Positions 27,623 to 41,049 of a DNA stretch of 64,000 nucleotides are shown here, piece after piece; position 1 is the first letter of the stretch, and every line of letters begins with the position of its first letter. The position numbers and the translations under genes were made by a program. This DNA comes from Camelus ferus (Eukaryota). Under the pieces are notes generated by a model that did not search any database, was not told where the DNA came from, and saw nothing but the letters and a program-made list of their open reading frames with translations. The stretch covers positions 59,956,001-60,020,000 of the forward strand of contig NC_045697.1 of assembly GCF_009834535.1 (NCBI RefSeq), given 5' to 3'.

Positions 27623-27990
27623 GCCTCTGTGGAAAACAGTATGGAGATTCCTCAAAAGACTAGGAATAGACTTACCATATGACCCAGGAATCCTGCTCCT
27701 GGGCATATATCCAGAAGGAACCCTACTTCCAAATGACACCTGCACCCCAATGTTCATAGCAGCACTATTTACAATAGCCAAGACATGGAAACAGCCTAAA
27801 TGTCCATCAACAGATGGCTGGATTGAGAAGCAGTGGTATATTTATATGATGGAATACTATTCAGCCACAAAAACTGACAACATAACGCCATTTGCAGCAA
27901 CATGGATGTTCCTGGAGAATGTCATCCTAAGTGAAGTAAGCCAGAAAGAGAAAGAAAAATACCATTTGAGATCATTCATATGTGGAATGT
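27623..27990 (+). pseudogene. Remnant of the L1 ORF2p C-terminal end only
   Basis: [30 protein letters not shown]...[20 protein letters not shown]...EYYSA...LENVILSEVSQKEK. EN and RT domains are absent. Confidence 0.9.
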
Positions 27991-29219
27991 AAAAAAAAAA
28001 GAACATAAATAACAAAACAGAAACAGACTCATAGACATAGAATACAAACTTGTGTTTGCCAAGGGGGCGAGGGGGTAGGAAGGGACAGACTGGGATTTAA
28101 AATGTAGAATAAACAAGCTTATACTATATAGCACAGGGAAATATATACAAGATCTTATGGTAGCGCATAGCGAAAAAAAAATGTGACAATGAATATATAT
28201 ATGTTCATGTATAACTGAAAAATTGTGCTCTATGCTGGAATTTGACACAACATTGTAGAATGACTATTACTCAATAAAAAATGTTAAAAGAATAATAATA
28301 AAACCAACCAAACAGCAACAACAACAACAAGACGAATTATGAATGTTTAAAATATTTCAAATATATTTATAACATATAGTAGAAAAATATATAGAGTATG
28401 TTTAGCGTTTAAAGCATTGATTTTTAAGTAGAGTATGTTTGCATATATTCTGTCCATATATACAAAAAGGATAATGCTTATATTGTCTTCAAAAGGTAGT
28501 AGACCAGAGGCTTTCTATAGGAAATGAATTAATGGGTCCATTGTGCATGAAATCCCATTTTGTTAAGTGAAATAAGACCATCAGTCTTTATTGATCTTGT
28601 TGCTTTAAGATTGGTTATGCCTCCTGGTTTCCTTTTATCTAATCAACACTATTATGTGAATATAGAAAAATAGTCTTGAAAACTGGTGATGATGAATTGT
28701 CTTAAAATTAACTTCAAATTCAAACTGTCCCCAAACATCCTACCATAAATATATCCTTACTTAATCTAAATATTGAAAATAATATAGTAATTAGGAAGGA
28801 ATGAAGAAATAAAGTAGTGCCTGATCATGTAAAAGCAAATGAACTGGACTGAATTTTACAGGATTGAATTTTCATATCAGGGAATCTATATGGGGAAACA
28901 TTTAAGTTATTGAGTACATGAAAATTAATTACACATGCTCTCACACACAAACATACAGAAACGGTCTATATATATCTTTTCAGGCCTTAACAGACTAAAA
29001 TAAGAAGAGAATGTTAATGACTTTTCACTTTATACTCAAAACGTGATAAAAGGTATTGTTGAATGTGAAAACCTGGCTTGCTCATAATCATATGCCTTTT
29101 CTAAAATCATGTAAACTTATGGGAACATTCATTAGGAGACACTTTTTGTGACTCACTTAGCTGACTATAACATGAAAATACATGGTTTCTTTATAACTAT
29201 TTTTCTTTCTAAAGATATG

Positions 29220-29272
29220 AATATATACACACATATATACATACATATATATATATATACACATGTGTATGT
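29220..29272. repeat. (TA)/(CA) microsatellite
   Basis: atatatacacacatatatacatacatatatatatatatacacatgtg. Confidence 0.9.
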
Positions 29273-32200
29273 TTATAATCTAAGGAATTACCCCATCATA
29301 TCAGGAGAATGGAAAGGTCACTATACTGGTTATTTTAAAAGACATACTTCGAAGACAGTATTTATCCTACCCCAGTTTTGAGAAGGAACAACGCAATAGG
29401 AAAAAGTACAATAGGCATAGTTTGAACCCTCCTTATAGTAAACGATCAGGATAACACACCTCTTTTATTGGGTTATTATTATTCCTCTTAAAGCTACTTT
29501 CAGTAGTCATCTTTGTATGTTGCTGTTAAACCAATTTAGCTGTCAAAGCTTTGTTATAACATGGTATCGTTAATTTAACCTTTCGACAAATACATTGAAA
29601 CAACCTCTCAGGATCAAGAATTTCCATAGCAAAACTCATGGGGAATGAAGAATGATGAATCTGATTTGGTCTTAGTATCAACACAGCATCTTGATAGTTA
29701 ACTATTAACTAAATTAAATATTATACTTCTATAGTATTGAGTAGAGAAGTATTTTGAAGAAGACTTTATATTTCAGAAATTCAGTTTTTGTTTTTATTAA
29801 ATTGCCCTTCTATGATTTTCTCTATTTCTCTACTAATTTTAGCTAATAGATCTAATTTAACTCTAAATTGTTGAATGTTTTGTAAACATTATGCAGAATC
29901 TTAGAAGTGACCGACCAAAAGAGACACCTGAAAAACTAGTCAAAAAATTATTTTATATTATGTGAGGTACGGTTATTTTTCCAAGGTGCAGTTAAAATAA
30001 CTTTAATTCCTATTATCAATTTTAGTTGTGAATGTGCTTTTGAATCTAAGCGTTGTATGTATTTTCACTTCAATATAACATTTATATAAGCATGTGCTTT
30101 AGTTTTATTTCCAAGGGATTTTATGTATAGAGAAGATTAGATAAAATATTAAGATAATATTCATAGAAAAATAATAAATCCAGTGTTAATTTTGACAAAT
30201 GGATATCTTCAGAATATTTCATTTATCATTATTAACATTATATATTATAAGCCTGAGAAAATTTTTATAATACTGGTTATGCTACACTATTAACTCTGAA
30301 ATACTTGCTATATAACCATCAAGCATACTGTAGAAACCTGAAATCCTTAATTTTTAAAGTCAAATATATCCTGTTACTTGTCCATCAAATAAGAATGGAA
30401 ATAACATTAGGTAACACTATTTAATTAGCAAAGTTGATTCTAAAAGTTAACTACTTTTCTCAATTCACTTTACAAAAAAAATACCTATTTAATAGGTATT
30501 TATTTTTATCTATTGTTTATGATATTCTCATTTTATAAATTATGCAGAAGTTTCCCTAGACAAAAATAAGATTAATTTTCACTTTATGAATTTACTTTTC
30601 TACAGAAATACCCATATATGTGACTTACAGGCCAACAAATAAATATCTATAGATCTTGGGGAAAAAGTTTTTTAAATCTAAGGTCCAGAAAATTTTTAAT
30701 GGATTAAAAAATATTTTTACTTAATGGTTGTTCACAATTAAATTTGATGTTTTCTCAAGTCATGTTCTTCATGACAATTGAAAACTTATTCTTTTATAGC
30801 ACTTTCTTTTATGTGTATACATTTTTTGGGATTTGTTGCAAGAGAAATGATCCTTTATCTGAATGAATGTATGCATTACTGCCTTACATAATAAGAGTAT
30901 AAGGGTAGATATAGCTTCAGGTGGGGATATTTTTCAGGACTCAAATGGGTCACAAGAATCCTTTCCCAAGTTTTGCATTTTTTACCCAAAAGTCCTGGGT
31001 TTAAATCATCGCAATATCCAGTTTACAATGTAAGGGAGGATCTGATGACTTACACACAATTCTTCCCTCTTAATTGCCCTGAATTAGGCACATACCAATC
31101 CCTGAGCTGATCTCTGTAGCCCCAAAATGGAATGACTTGATGGATCTACCATCTATCACATATTACTCCCTGGGCTTCTAGGGGTACCGTCAAATTTATC
31201 CACAGGATATGGATTAAGAGAATAGTAATCAGTGGTAGCAGAATTAAATGATCAGGAGGATGAAAGATTCCAGGAGACAGTGACAATAGATAGCTCAGAC
31301 AGTGTTGATTTTCATTTTTTATATGACTTGAGGAGATTAGGTTAAATATCAATGCTTGGTCATAAATCAGTATGTATAATTCAAGTTCCAATTAAGGAAT
31401 TAGAATAACTTTTTATTGATCTGTAGTAAAGACATTAAATATACATGCCATGTGCAAGGACTAAACACATTTTACTTTATTATTTAAATATTCAGGTCCT
31501 TTCAAAAGTAGAAATAGAGCATAATTCCCCTATTGTACTCATCTCTCAGCTTCAGCTTTTAACAATTGATAGCAAATCATGTTTTATCTCTATGCCATAG
31601 CTGTTTTTCCTATTTCAACATCACTGGACAGTTTTCATTAAAAGTCATAATGTAACTTCATTACATAAATTATGTAATTTGGACTATAAGAGTAGCGGAT
31701 CTTTCACCTTTAGGGAATTTAAAAATATTTAAATATTGTTATTGAATACTCATAATTAATATTGAACAAGGTTGGAAATAGTTGATATATCTTATATTTT
31801 ACTATAGTCTTTATTAAATGCAATCTACTCTAATTTCTGATCATGAAACATTTAAACTGAAAATACAACAAACAACATTAATATTTACTTCCTCTATATG
31901 TCTTACTTTTGTTAATGAATTTGGAGATAATGTCTAGAATAAATAAATATTGCCAAATTCTTAGAAGATGCTGTTTATATTTATTTAAGAGGTAACATTT
32001 ACAACTTAAATATATGTGCATTGTGAATGCTTGGAATCTTTAAATATTTATTTTGAAAACTTAAAATACTTCATCTTTCTTACATATAAAATGGTTATTT
32101 TGAATTGGAGATAAATTTTAATCTCAATTAGTCATGGAGTCCTGGTAAAGCCCTATAAAGTCTCTTAGCTTGTGGCTAGTCTTCTAATTGAGGAATATTA

Positions 32201-32772
32201 TGTTTACCTTGTTGAAATGTTTGTAGAACTAAGAATATATGGAGAACCTAGAAAAGCATCTACTTTAAAGTAGTTTATAAAACAATTTTTTTCAAAATAT
32301 AGTTGAGTAGAATATCTGAAGTCCATTAAACTACTAAGTAAACAATATTTATTTATTATCTAAATCTTCATGATATCTAAATCTAAATTGGGATTGATGC
32401 ATTAAAACAGGCAGGACTGGGTGGAGAAAAAAAAATGGAGAAGATAGCAGTGCTGAAATTGATCAAAGTTCTACTAAGAGGGCTAACATTTTCTAATTTT
32501 CCACAGGCTATTTGATTTGGAAATTCTTTAGTGTAAAAATTGTAAACATGAAATTGTTTCTGCTTGCAGTTCAGCTTCTCCCAGTGTGAAACTCAACCAT
32601 ATGCAATATTTCATGTAATTATTTTAAATATTTTTCAACAATGAGAACAACAAAGGGAAGAGCCATGAAAATAAAAGCATCAGTTGCTATAAATATATTT
32701 GCAAATATGACTCATGATAATCAATAGAAATGCATTCATAAATATCAAGAATTGGAAGTGACATTAATTTTT

Positions 32773-32975
32773 TTATTGAAGTATAGTCAGTTACAGTACG
32801 TCAATGTCTGGTGTACAGCATAATGTTCCAGTCGTACGTATACATACATATGTTCATTTTCATACTCTTTTTCATCATAGATTACTACAAGATATTGAAT
32901 ATGGTTTCCTGTGCTATGCAGAAGAAATTTCTTTGTGTCTGTTTTATATATAGTAGTTAATATTTGCAAATCTCA
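32773..32975 (-). mobile_element. 5'-truncated L1 3' end (~200 bp) with TSD
   Basis: 17-bp TSD AAGTGACATTAATTTTT (32756-32772 / 32976-32992). Body is an artiodactyl-type L1 3'UTR related to, but diverged from, the 3-kb elements. Confidence 0.9.
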
Positions 32976-33356
32976 AAGTGACATTAATTTTTATTGCAAC
33001 AATCTAATTTTATCAGTTTTAAACTCCAAAGCTCAGAGAAATTAACTTACCCTCATCCCTGTCTCTAGTATATGGTAGAAACTGTAATCAGTGGATTAAC
33101 TAAAATAAAACTGTTTTCCTAACAGGTACAGTACAACCATTTACAATGAGAATAACACTGTCAATGTTGCAGAAATTTTGTTATACTCAAATGAGTTAGG
33201 ACATGCTTAGCAGAGTGTCCTGCTAATAGGAAAACCTCAATACACATTAGAGTTGGTGATGGAGATGATGATCAAAAAGATGAAAACTGTGAGAAACAAT
33301 ACCATCACAACAGAAATCCCCCTGCTCATGTGCTCCATCAGTGTACTTGATGCCTA

Positions 33357-33808
33357 TGTGGTAAATGGCTTCGTGGCCACAAATTCCTTCCAGCCCAGTA
33401 TGCACGGCACTTTGTAATGTGGCATTGCTGGTCCAACCGCAGGGCAGGCGTTGTGATTTTCTTTGCTCAACTAAATGTGATGGAACTAATACTGTGTGAG
33501 TTCTGGAGTCTAGGCCTCGAGACCCCCTTGAGTCAGCCTCCAGATTTGCCATCTTTAACATTTCCCTGAGATGGCCACGTATGGAAGGCCACAAGCTTGA
33601 TGGAAAATGTGAGGCCACGTGGTGTACCAAATAACAGCCAGTTCCATCCTTCATTGTGATTGTGTCCATCTTATATGTTCTATTCCAGCCAACCCTCCAG
33701 CTGACCACAGTCACTCAGCCAATGAAACAATTCATGAGAAATATTTTCATTGTTGTATAAACCATTAAGTTTTATGGCAGTGTGATATATAACAATAGAT
33801 AATAGAGA
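33357..33808 (+). mobile_element. MLT1 (F/G-like) MaLR LTR
   Basis: tgtggt...tggccacaaattccttcc start; aagttttatggcagtgtgatatataacaatagataa end. Confidence 0.75.
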
Positions 33809-34239
33809 TGAGAACCTAGATTTTTATTAACTTTATTTTAAACAGAAAATTATGTTTACCTTTTCTAAATAACAATGAAAGAGAAGAGAACTGAATAAAA
33901 TTTTGTGTTTTCAGCAAAATATTTACTTATTTACTCTGTATTGGTACTCTGGCATGGATATGAATCAATAGTAATAAATATATACAGTGTAACACTTTAT
34001 GATGATTACTATTTACAACTACAAATTTAAGTGAATTCGACTTAAATGGATTTCTACTATGTCTTTTTTTTTATGTCAAAAAGAATTGAAATGTATTACA
34101 GAAATGTAAAGGATAGTTAACAGTATACATTATGTAACACTATGTAAACATTTTATTAGCTAAACAATTTATTACTGCATATCAAGTATTGATGTTATTT
34201 AAAAAACTCCATAATATGGTGGTGAAACCTTTTTAACAT

Positions 34240-37200
34240 AAATATTTTATTTTAGAACAACTTTCAATTTAGAAAGAAATTGTGGATATGGTATAGTGTT
34301 ATATGACTCACCCCCATTTTCCTCTATTATTGATGTTGTATGTGTGATTATGTCTTATATATCAACATACTATATATAATGTATATTATAATGTATAAGA
34401 AATGTAAATTATGTTTGTAATTTATGCTGCTTACAACTAATGAACCAATGTTGATATATTAAGCAAAGTCCATACTTTATTGAGACTTGATTAGTTTTAC
34501 CTAATTCCTTTTTTCTGTTCTAACATTTTATTCAGGATACCACATTACATTATTCCCTATGTCTCCTTAGGCTTTCTGCCTGTGAGCTTGTGATAATCCC
34601 TTAGAATTTTGTTGTCTCTGAAGTTTCAAGGAGTACTGTTTAGGTATTTTGTAGATTCTCCCTCAGTTGGAATTGCTCTGATATTTTCCTTATGATTAGT
34701 CTAGGGTTATGTGTTTTTAAAAGGAAGATCGCAGGGGTAAAGTGACATTTCATCACATATCAAGAGAAAATGCTCTCAAGATGACATATCGCTGTAGCTG
34801 GTAAACTTGATCACCTGGCTGAGACAGTGTTTTTCAGTTTTCTCACTGCAGTGTTACTCCCCTTCCCCGCAACATCCTTGTGCCCTTTCATACTGTACTC
34901 TTTGAAAGGACGTCAAAATGCACAAATTTAAGGAGAGGATAATTATGTTCTCCTACCTTGAGGGCAGAATATCCACACAAGTTATTTGAAATTCTCCTGT
35001 GCTTGTGAGGTTTGTTTCCTCTGCCTCATTCATTCATTCAATCATTATGACCCTCAGTATGGACTTGTGTATTTATTTTATACCTTGGGTTATAATCCAA
35101 TACTGCTTTATTAATGTTGCTCAAATTGCCTCAGCTTTGGCATTAGGAAATCTTTCAGCTGGCTTCTGTGTCCCTTTAACATACCCACATCAACATAGGG
35201 TTTTTGGGTTTTTTGTTTGTTTTGTTTATTGAATACTATCTTACTTTCTGGCACTACAAGACACTCCAGGCTCATCTTGAATATTTCCTGCCTCAGTTCC
35301 AGAATCAACCATTCTTCCAAGGAACCTTGCTCCCTTTTGTTGAAGATGGTTATTAGAAACCAAGATGTGGGCTCTAGGTGTGGTTGTGGTTACCTTCAGG
35401 CCTTCTCAGGTGACAGTGTAAGGAAATAAATATATGTGTATATACTAACCTGTGCATAGGTATATATATATAAATAAAATGTTACCATCTTTTTCTCTAT
35501 TCAACTAAAAATGAATTCATATTGGTATCACCAAGTCTAACTCATTTCCACATGAATTATTCAAGCCTTTTTTCATTTCTTATAAGTACCACTTCGATAG
35601 TGAAACAGTGGCTCTCATCATCCGTCATTCATTTACAACCAGTTACACAATACAGACAATCCCTGGCCTAGCATGGTGAAAATGATGCTCATTTAGTAGA
35701 AAAGTACTTTGAATTTTGATTTTTTCCTAGGCTGGCGATATGCGGTAGGATACTCTCTGGTGATGCTGGGCAGTGAGCCACACCTCCCAACCAGCCGTGA
35801 GATCACAAGCATAAACAACCGATACGGTTACAAACATCCTGTATCCATACAACCATTGGATTTTTCACTTTAAGTATACTATTCAATTACATGAGCAATT
35901 TAACAATTTATTATAAAATAAGTTTTGTGTTTGATGATTTTTCTAAACTGTAGGCTAATCTAACCGATCTGAGCATGTTTAAGGGAGGCGAGGCTCAGCT
36001 GTGATGTTTGGTAGGTTAGATGTATTAACTGCATTTTGAGTTAATATTTTCAACTTACAAACAGTTTATAGAGATTTTACCCATTGTAAGTTGAGGAAGA
36101 TCTGTACATGTATAGTTGGATCTGAATTGTTAACTTGTACCCTTATGGGAAATATGTTTACAGACTAAAGTACAGTGGTTATGACCAAATATTTTAATTT
36201 ATTTATAGCCATTAGTCTTACCGATTCAACTCATTCCAAATGACTTAGACTTAAGTCTGCATCTTTTCACCATCCCATTCAGTATGGTTGTTTCATATAA
36301 TTTGTAATAGTTAGATTATTTTGTAACATACTGCATTGCATTCTAGGATCCCCCAACCTCCTCAATTTTTTTAAATGTTGTATACCTAACTCTTTAGAGT
36401 TATATGGACTTTGACAACTTCATAATGAAATATATCAATCATTACAGTGTCAAATAGAATAGATCCACTACCATAAAATAATCTTATTTTATCAATACAA
36501 CCATCCCCCTTCCCTCAAACCCCTGATGACTTCTTATGTGATTATCATTTTTTATTATTTCAGAATCTCATGTAATTGAAATCCTGCAGTATGTAGCATT
36601 TTCTGACTTGGTTCTTTATCTTAGCAATATGCACTTAAGATTCAACATGTCTCTTTGTGAATTGATAACTCATTTTTTTAAGTCATTGACCTTTTTTACT
36701 ATTCCATCACTTAGATATACATCCTATACAATGGAATATTATTTATCCTTTCAACTACTGAAGGGCATTTTGGTTAACTTCAATGTTGGATGATTATGAA
36801 TAAAGCTGCTATAGATACCCACATGCCAGTTTGTGTGTCGAAAGTTTCAAATCTGTTGGATGTATACTCAGGAACATGGTTGCTAAATTGTAGGCTAAGA
36901 GCATATTTATTTTTGTAAGAAATTGCCAAAGTGGTTATTCCATTTTTACATTTAGATCAGAAAACAATGAGAGTCCCTTTTCCTCCACAATTTAGCTAGT
37001 GATTGGTAATATAATTTTTAAATTTTCTTTTAGCTATTCTACTAGGTTTATAGTGGTATCTTACTATTTCAATTTACATTTCCCTAATGAAAAATATTAT
37101 CAGGGAAGGGTAATGAGCATCCTTAGGGAAAAAAATGAGCATCTTTTCGTATGCATATTTTCTAACTGTAAATCTTCCTCGGTGAAGTATCTGTTGAAGT

Positions 37201-37830
37201 TTTTTTGTTTTTATTTTAACCCATGTTAATAGCTTTTTTTGGTCATCCTATTTTTGATTTTTATGTTTCTTATTTGAAACAGGAGCTTTTGAGCTATCTG
37301 CAGTGGGAGAAGTGGACTTTCCTGGGTGGGAAAAGTCTGTGAAGTCTTTTCTCCTGGAGATTAAGCATTTGCTTTTAGGAATATTCTGCCCATTTTATAG
37401 TGCTCTCCTTCCCAGTCCATGAGGGAGCAGGGAAGAGGAATTTTCTTTGCTCTTTACCATCATATGCTTATGAAGTTACTCAAAGTAAAACCAATGAATC
37501 TGTGAGATAAAACCCACAAAATTGTGGGGAACTGCCTACCCCAGGAGTTTCTCACTCTCATACTAATCCACACTCAGGCTCCATCAAGTTGTTAAATTCC
37601 CATTTAAGTCGTCTTCTCAGTTTATGGCCCTAGCGGCTTCTGCTTCAGGTTAGCAGATCTCTACTGTGACTCCAGATTTGAGTCTTCCTTCAGAATTTGT
37701 GACGTTCATTGGTTCTGTGATCATAGTTCTTTGAGAAGTCCAAGAAAATTTGTTGAATTTCAGTAATTTTTAGTGTTGTAAGGACAATTTTGATAACTTG
37801 AGCTCTTTACTTATTACAGCTGAAATCAGA
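34240..37830 (-). mobile_element. Old L1MC/MD-type element (3'UTR, ORF2 end, 5'UTR block) with nested Tigger
   Basis: ttacaactaatgaaccaatgttgata, ctttctggcactacaagacactccaggctcatcttg, tttcaatttacatttccctaatg; 5'UTR-like block at 37290-37830. Confidence 0.75.
35653..36104 (+). mobile_element. Tigger3-family (TcMar) non-autonomous DNA transposon
   Basis: TA|CAGA...TCTG|TA termini. Internal gatactctctggtgatgctgggcagtgagcc and gtttaagggaggcgaggctcagctgtgatgtttggtaggttag. Strand assignment tentative. Confidence 0.8.
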
Positions 37831-40232
37831 ACTCTAATGTTGAAATTAAAAGGAAATTGTTACCCTTTACTTACTTCATGAAGAGAAAATAAAGTATTAG
37901 CGTACAAAATATTTTATTTTTGTCTATTAAAATATATAATTTATTCAAATTGTCATAAATGCCTTTTGCATTCATAAGTTGGGTTAGGTAATTTTTATTA
38001 GATTACTTGCATTTGAGCAATGAAAATGATAACCCATATGAAAATCATGAATAAGCTGAATTTAAAAAAACTTTACCACTTGGCTAGCCAAAATGGATGG
38101 ATACATTCATTTCAGTCGCTTTTCAGTTTTCAGTTCAAGGGATCTATTTGTGACAGCAGTGGGAATCTAGGGTATGTCCTTGTAGTTTATGACTTTTAAT
38201 ACCTTGTATTTATGTTCTCAAATTCATTTCAGTATTATAATTGCTTTTCAAATTTTTATGTTATATAGAAGTACTGTGAAGGACATTTACAAATAAACAT
38301 TACTCGTATCTACACATTTACTTTTTATATAGAAATTGTTAGTATTTGGATGTCCTAACCTTGTATTATAACGTTAACACAAATAATTGCATCGGTTGGA
38401 AATTTTACTAATTGGTAAAGACCCAATAAAAAAATATAAAAAGCAGAAGGACTACACAGGTGAATAAATTTTGGTTAAAAAGCTTATAAATTATAGCTAT
38501 AAATAAGGTAGCATGTGTTATTCTTGAAATCCTTACTATAACAGGTTTATGAGAATTTCTCATTAATTTATTCCTTGGGGGTAAAAATAAGTTTCTTCAG
38601 GCATTTATCATTATCTTTGCTGAATTGTAAGAAAAATGAATCAGAGTAATAATTTATATGAAAGGATCTAGAGTACTCTGTGTGCTAAATGAATAGAGAC
38701 GAATACTTTAATCTCTGAATATTCATGTCTACTGAATAATTGTTACATATTATATCCCTAATAAATGTTGATTGATTAAGAGAATGAGCTGATTGAGTTA
38801 TTTAAAACATATTCTTAGTCCTCCATCACAAAATGAGGAAATTCATTACAGCAAGCTAGGATTCCCTAAATAATATCCTTATGGAAGGTAAAATACCCAA
38901 ACTGTGCTATGAATATAATTGCATTTTAAGTTACCCTTCTCTAGAAACCATTAAATTAGTTCAAGAAATTTACCATTAATACAAATAAAATGAAGAATCC
39001 TATATTCTAGAAAAAATTAAAAATTAAAATTTTACTAGGAAATTCAGGAAAAAGATGATTTTGTCTTATATAAACAGTACAGTGAGCAATAGAAAAAAAG
39101 ATTCATATGGAAAGTTGAAATTTTAGCATTGATTTCTCAGTGACTAGCAGAGCAAATAGATTTAAAGGAAAAATGAGTTCAAATGTTTTAGGGCACTTTT
39201 TCTAAGGTAAACATTTAACATCTGTATATTACCAGAAAAGAAACGAAATATCTTCCAGTGACCATTTAACCACAAATTTCTCCTATGATAAAATATTCCC
39301 ATTGGTTATTTAATATTATTGAGAATTGTATCTGATAAAATGGAACATGTAATTTCATGGACAACATGGTCAAGTGGGAACAAAATATAACCTTCATCTG
39401 AAATTGCAAAGATTATTGCTGGTGTGGTATTAAAATGAGAAATTCAGAGAAAATGTAAACTCAATATGTTTGTTCAAGTAAAGCAGGCTCAAATGGGAGA
39501 AAAGAAGGCACAGAAAATCCTGTTATAATTCTGACTTACTCTGTAATGTTCTCAGTCTGATTCATATTCTCTTTGCTATTTGGGGTAATACTGTTTGATA
39601 GTATAAGTTTAATTTTGATAAAAACCAATGATAACACTGATACTGAGGATCAAATATATTGGAGAAGTGGATTAAAACCTACACAGGAAGTTCTTTCAAT
39701 GGAAGCTTATTGGCCAGTAGAAGAACTAGATTTAGTTACTAATCAATTAATTGTTACATTGAGTTATTCTATTGATACCTTTCATAAAGTTCAGAAATCC
39801 AAATAAAAGAATTTTCAAGGTTTTATAAGATTATTAAAAACTTTGTTCTGGTAAACTGAAATGTTTCTTTAAAGCAATATATGCATCTCATTGGACACAA
39901 ATGATTATTATTTTCATCAGTATCTCTTTGCTTTTTATATTTGATAAATTGTACAAAAGATATCAGAAAAGAAATAACCCTGAGCAAATTATAATGTCAA
40001 AACCCTGACCAAGAGTTAAAGCTTGAATTGTAGGGATATTGTTGATTATTTAAGTAGGAAAAGCTCTATTTTTATCTCTGAGCATGCACAGATACCTGGT
40101 TTTAATTCTTGTCCAAGGTAGGATCCATGGAACTTTCTGATATGCTGCTTAAGGACTCAAACTTTCTTGGCAACCCAAGAAGTCAATTTCTTTACTGAGA
40201 AGTTTGCAGATGGCTTATGTCCCAGTTGTACC

Positions 40233-40690
40233 TGTAGAATTTTAATTTATGGAGTTGACTGAGTGGAAACACAAAGAGGTCAATGCCATTGAGAGAAGAA
40301 TTATTACTTAAAGTTCTCAAGAGGAGGGGACCATGCCATGCAGGTCTACATGGAGAAGCACCAGATTTGATTATGAGGCAGAAGGAACAAAGAAAGCAGG
40401 ACCTAGACCTTTAGTGTTAAGTTTTCTATGGGAGACATAAGACAGGGCAGGCATACAGCTTAGAACTGGCCAGTCTGAATAATGTCTGTGGGCTCTAGAC
40501 TATAGCAGTAATCTCTAATGGTCTGGTACCAGGCTCTGGGATAATTTAGAGCAGGGGAGAGATAAAGGAGGTATTGAAGGTATAACTTGGGGTTGGATGG
40601 TTTGCACACAAAAGGTGTATTCACAGTGGAATTGGTATCTTGGAAATTAGCTAGTCTTGGGAAGAGCAATCTCTCCCCAGCCAGCTAGAC
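40233..40690 (-). mobile_element. ERV-class LTR relic
   Basis: tgtagaa start, catgccatgcagg...agaagcaccag, cagcttagaactggccagtctgaataat...ctggtaccaggctctggg. Family uncertain. Confidence 0.55.
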
Positions 40691-41049
40691 CCCTACCCCA
40701 ACAAGATTTCAAAGCACAATACAATATGGAAAAACAAAACAAAACAAAAACATGATTAATACAGTGTAACCAACTAGAAAAGGCTGGCTTGATTTGGTGG
40801 CCAGGGGGACTTAAATGTACGTACTGAAAGTATTTTCCTTTGAGTTCTTCCAAAGCCAAGATTCCTGTCTTAGATATTAACATAGGTATTGTTTCAAGCT
40901 GGAGACAGTCTACCCTGCTCCAGTACAAGCCCGGGTGTACTTGCATGTTGACATTACTTCATTTTCCAGTGTTTTCCTGTACTCTGTCTCACTGTACCAT
41001 ATCCTTTGCCTTTAAATGAAAGCCTTATACAAGTATGGTTTGTGGGTTC

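Larger units (their letters stand above)
25369..28328 (+). mobile_element. Internally deleted (ORF2-less) L1-derived retroelement, copy 1, 5'-intact
   Basis: Perfect 13-bp TSD AAGACGAATTATG (25356-25368 / 28329-28341) at an L1-EN-type TT|AAGA site. GC-rich 5'UTR, ORF1, spacer fused at ~27622 to the ORF2 C-terminus, 3'UTR, AATAAA at ~28273, and an (AAT)/(AAC)-degenerated A tail. Confidence 0.92.

Noticed and set aside
30479..30501. Short hairpin aaatacctatt-t-aataggtattt
   Set aside because: 11-bp AT-rich arms are unremarkable in 64 kb of AT-rich DNA.
33247..33714. 155-aa minus-strand ORF
   Set aside because: Lies mostly within an MLT1 LTR; no protein similarity evident.
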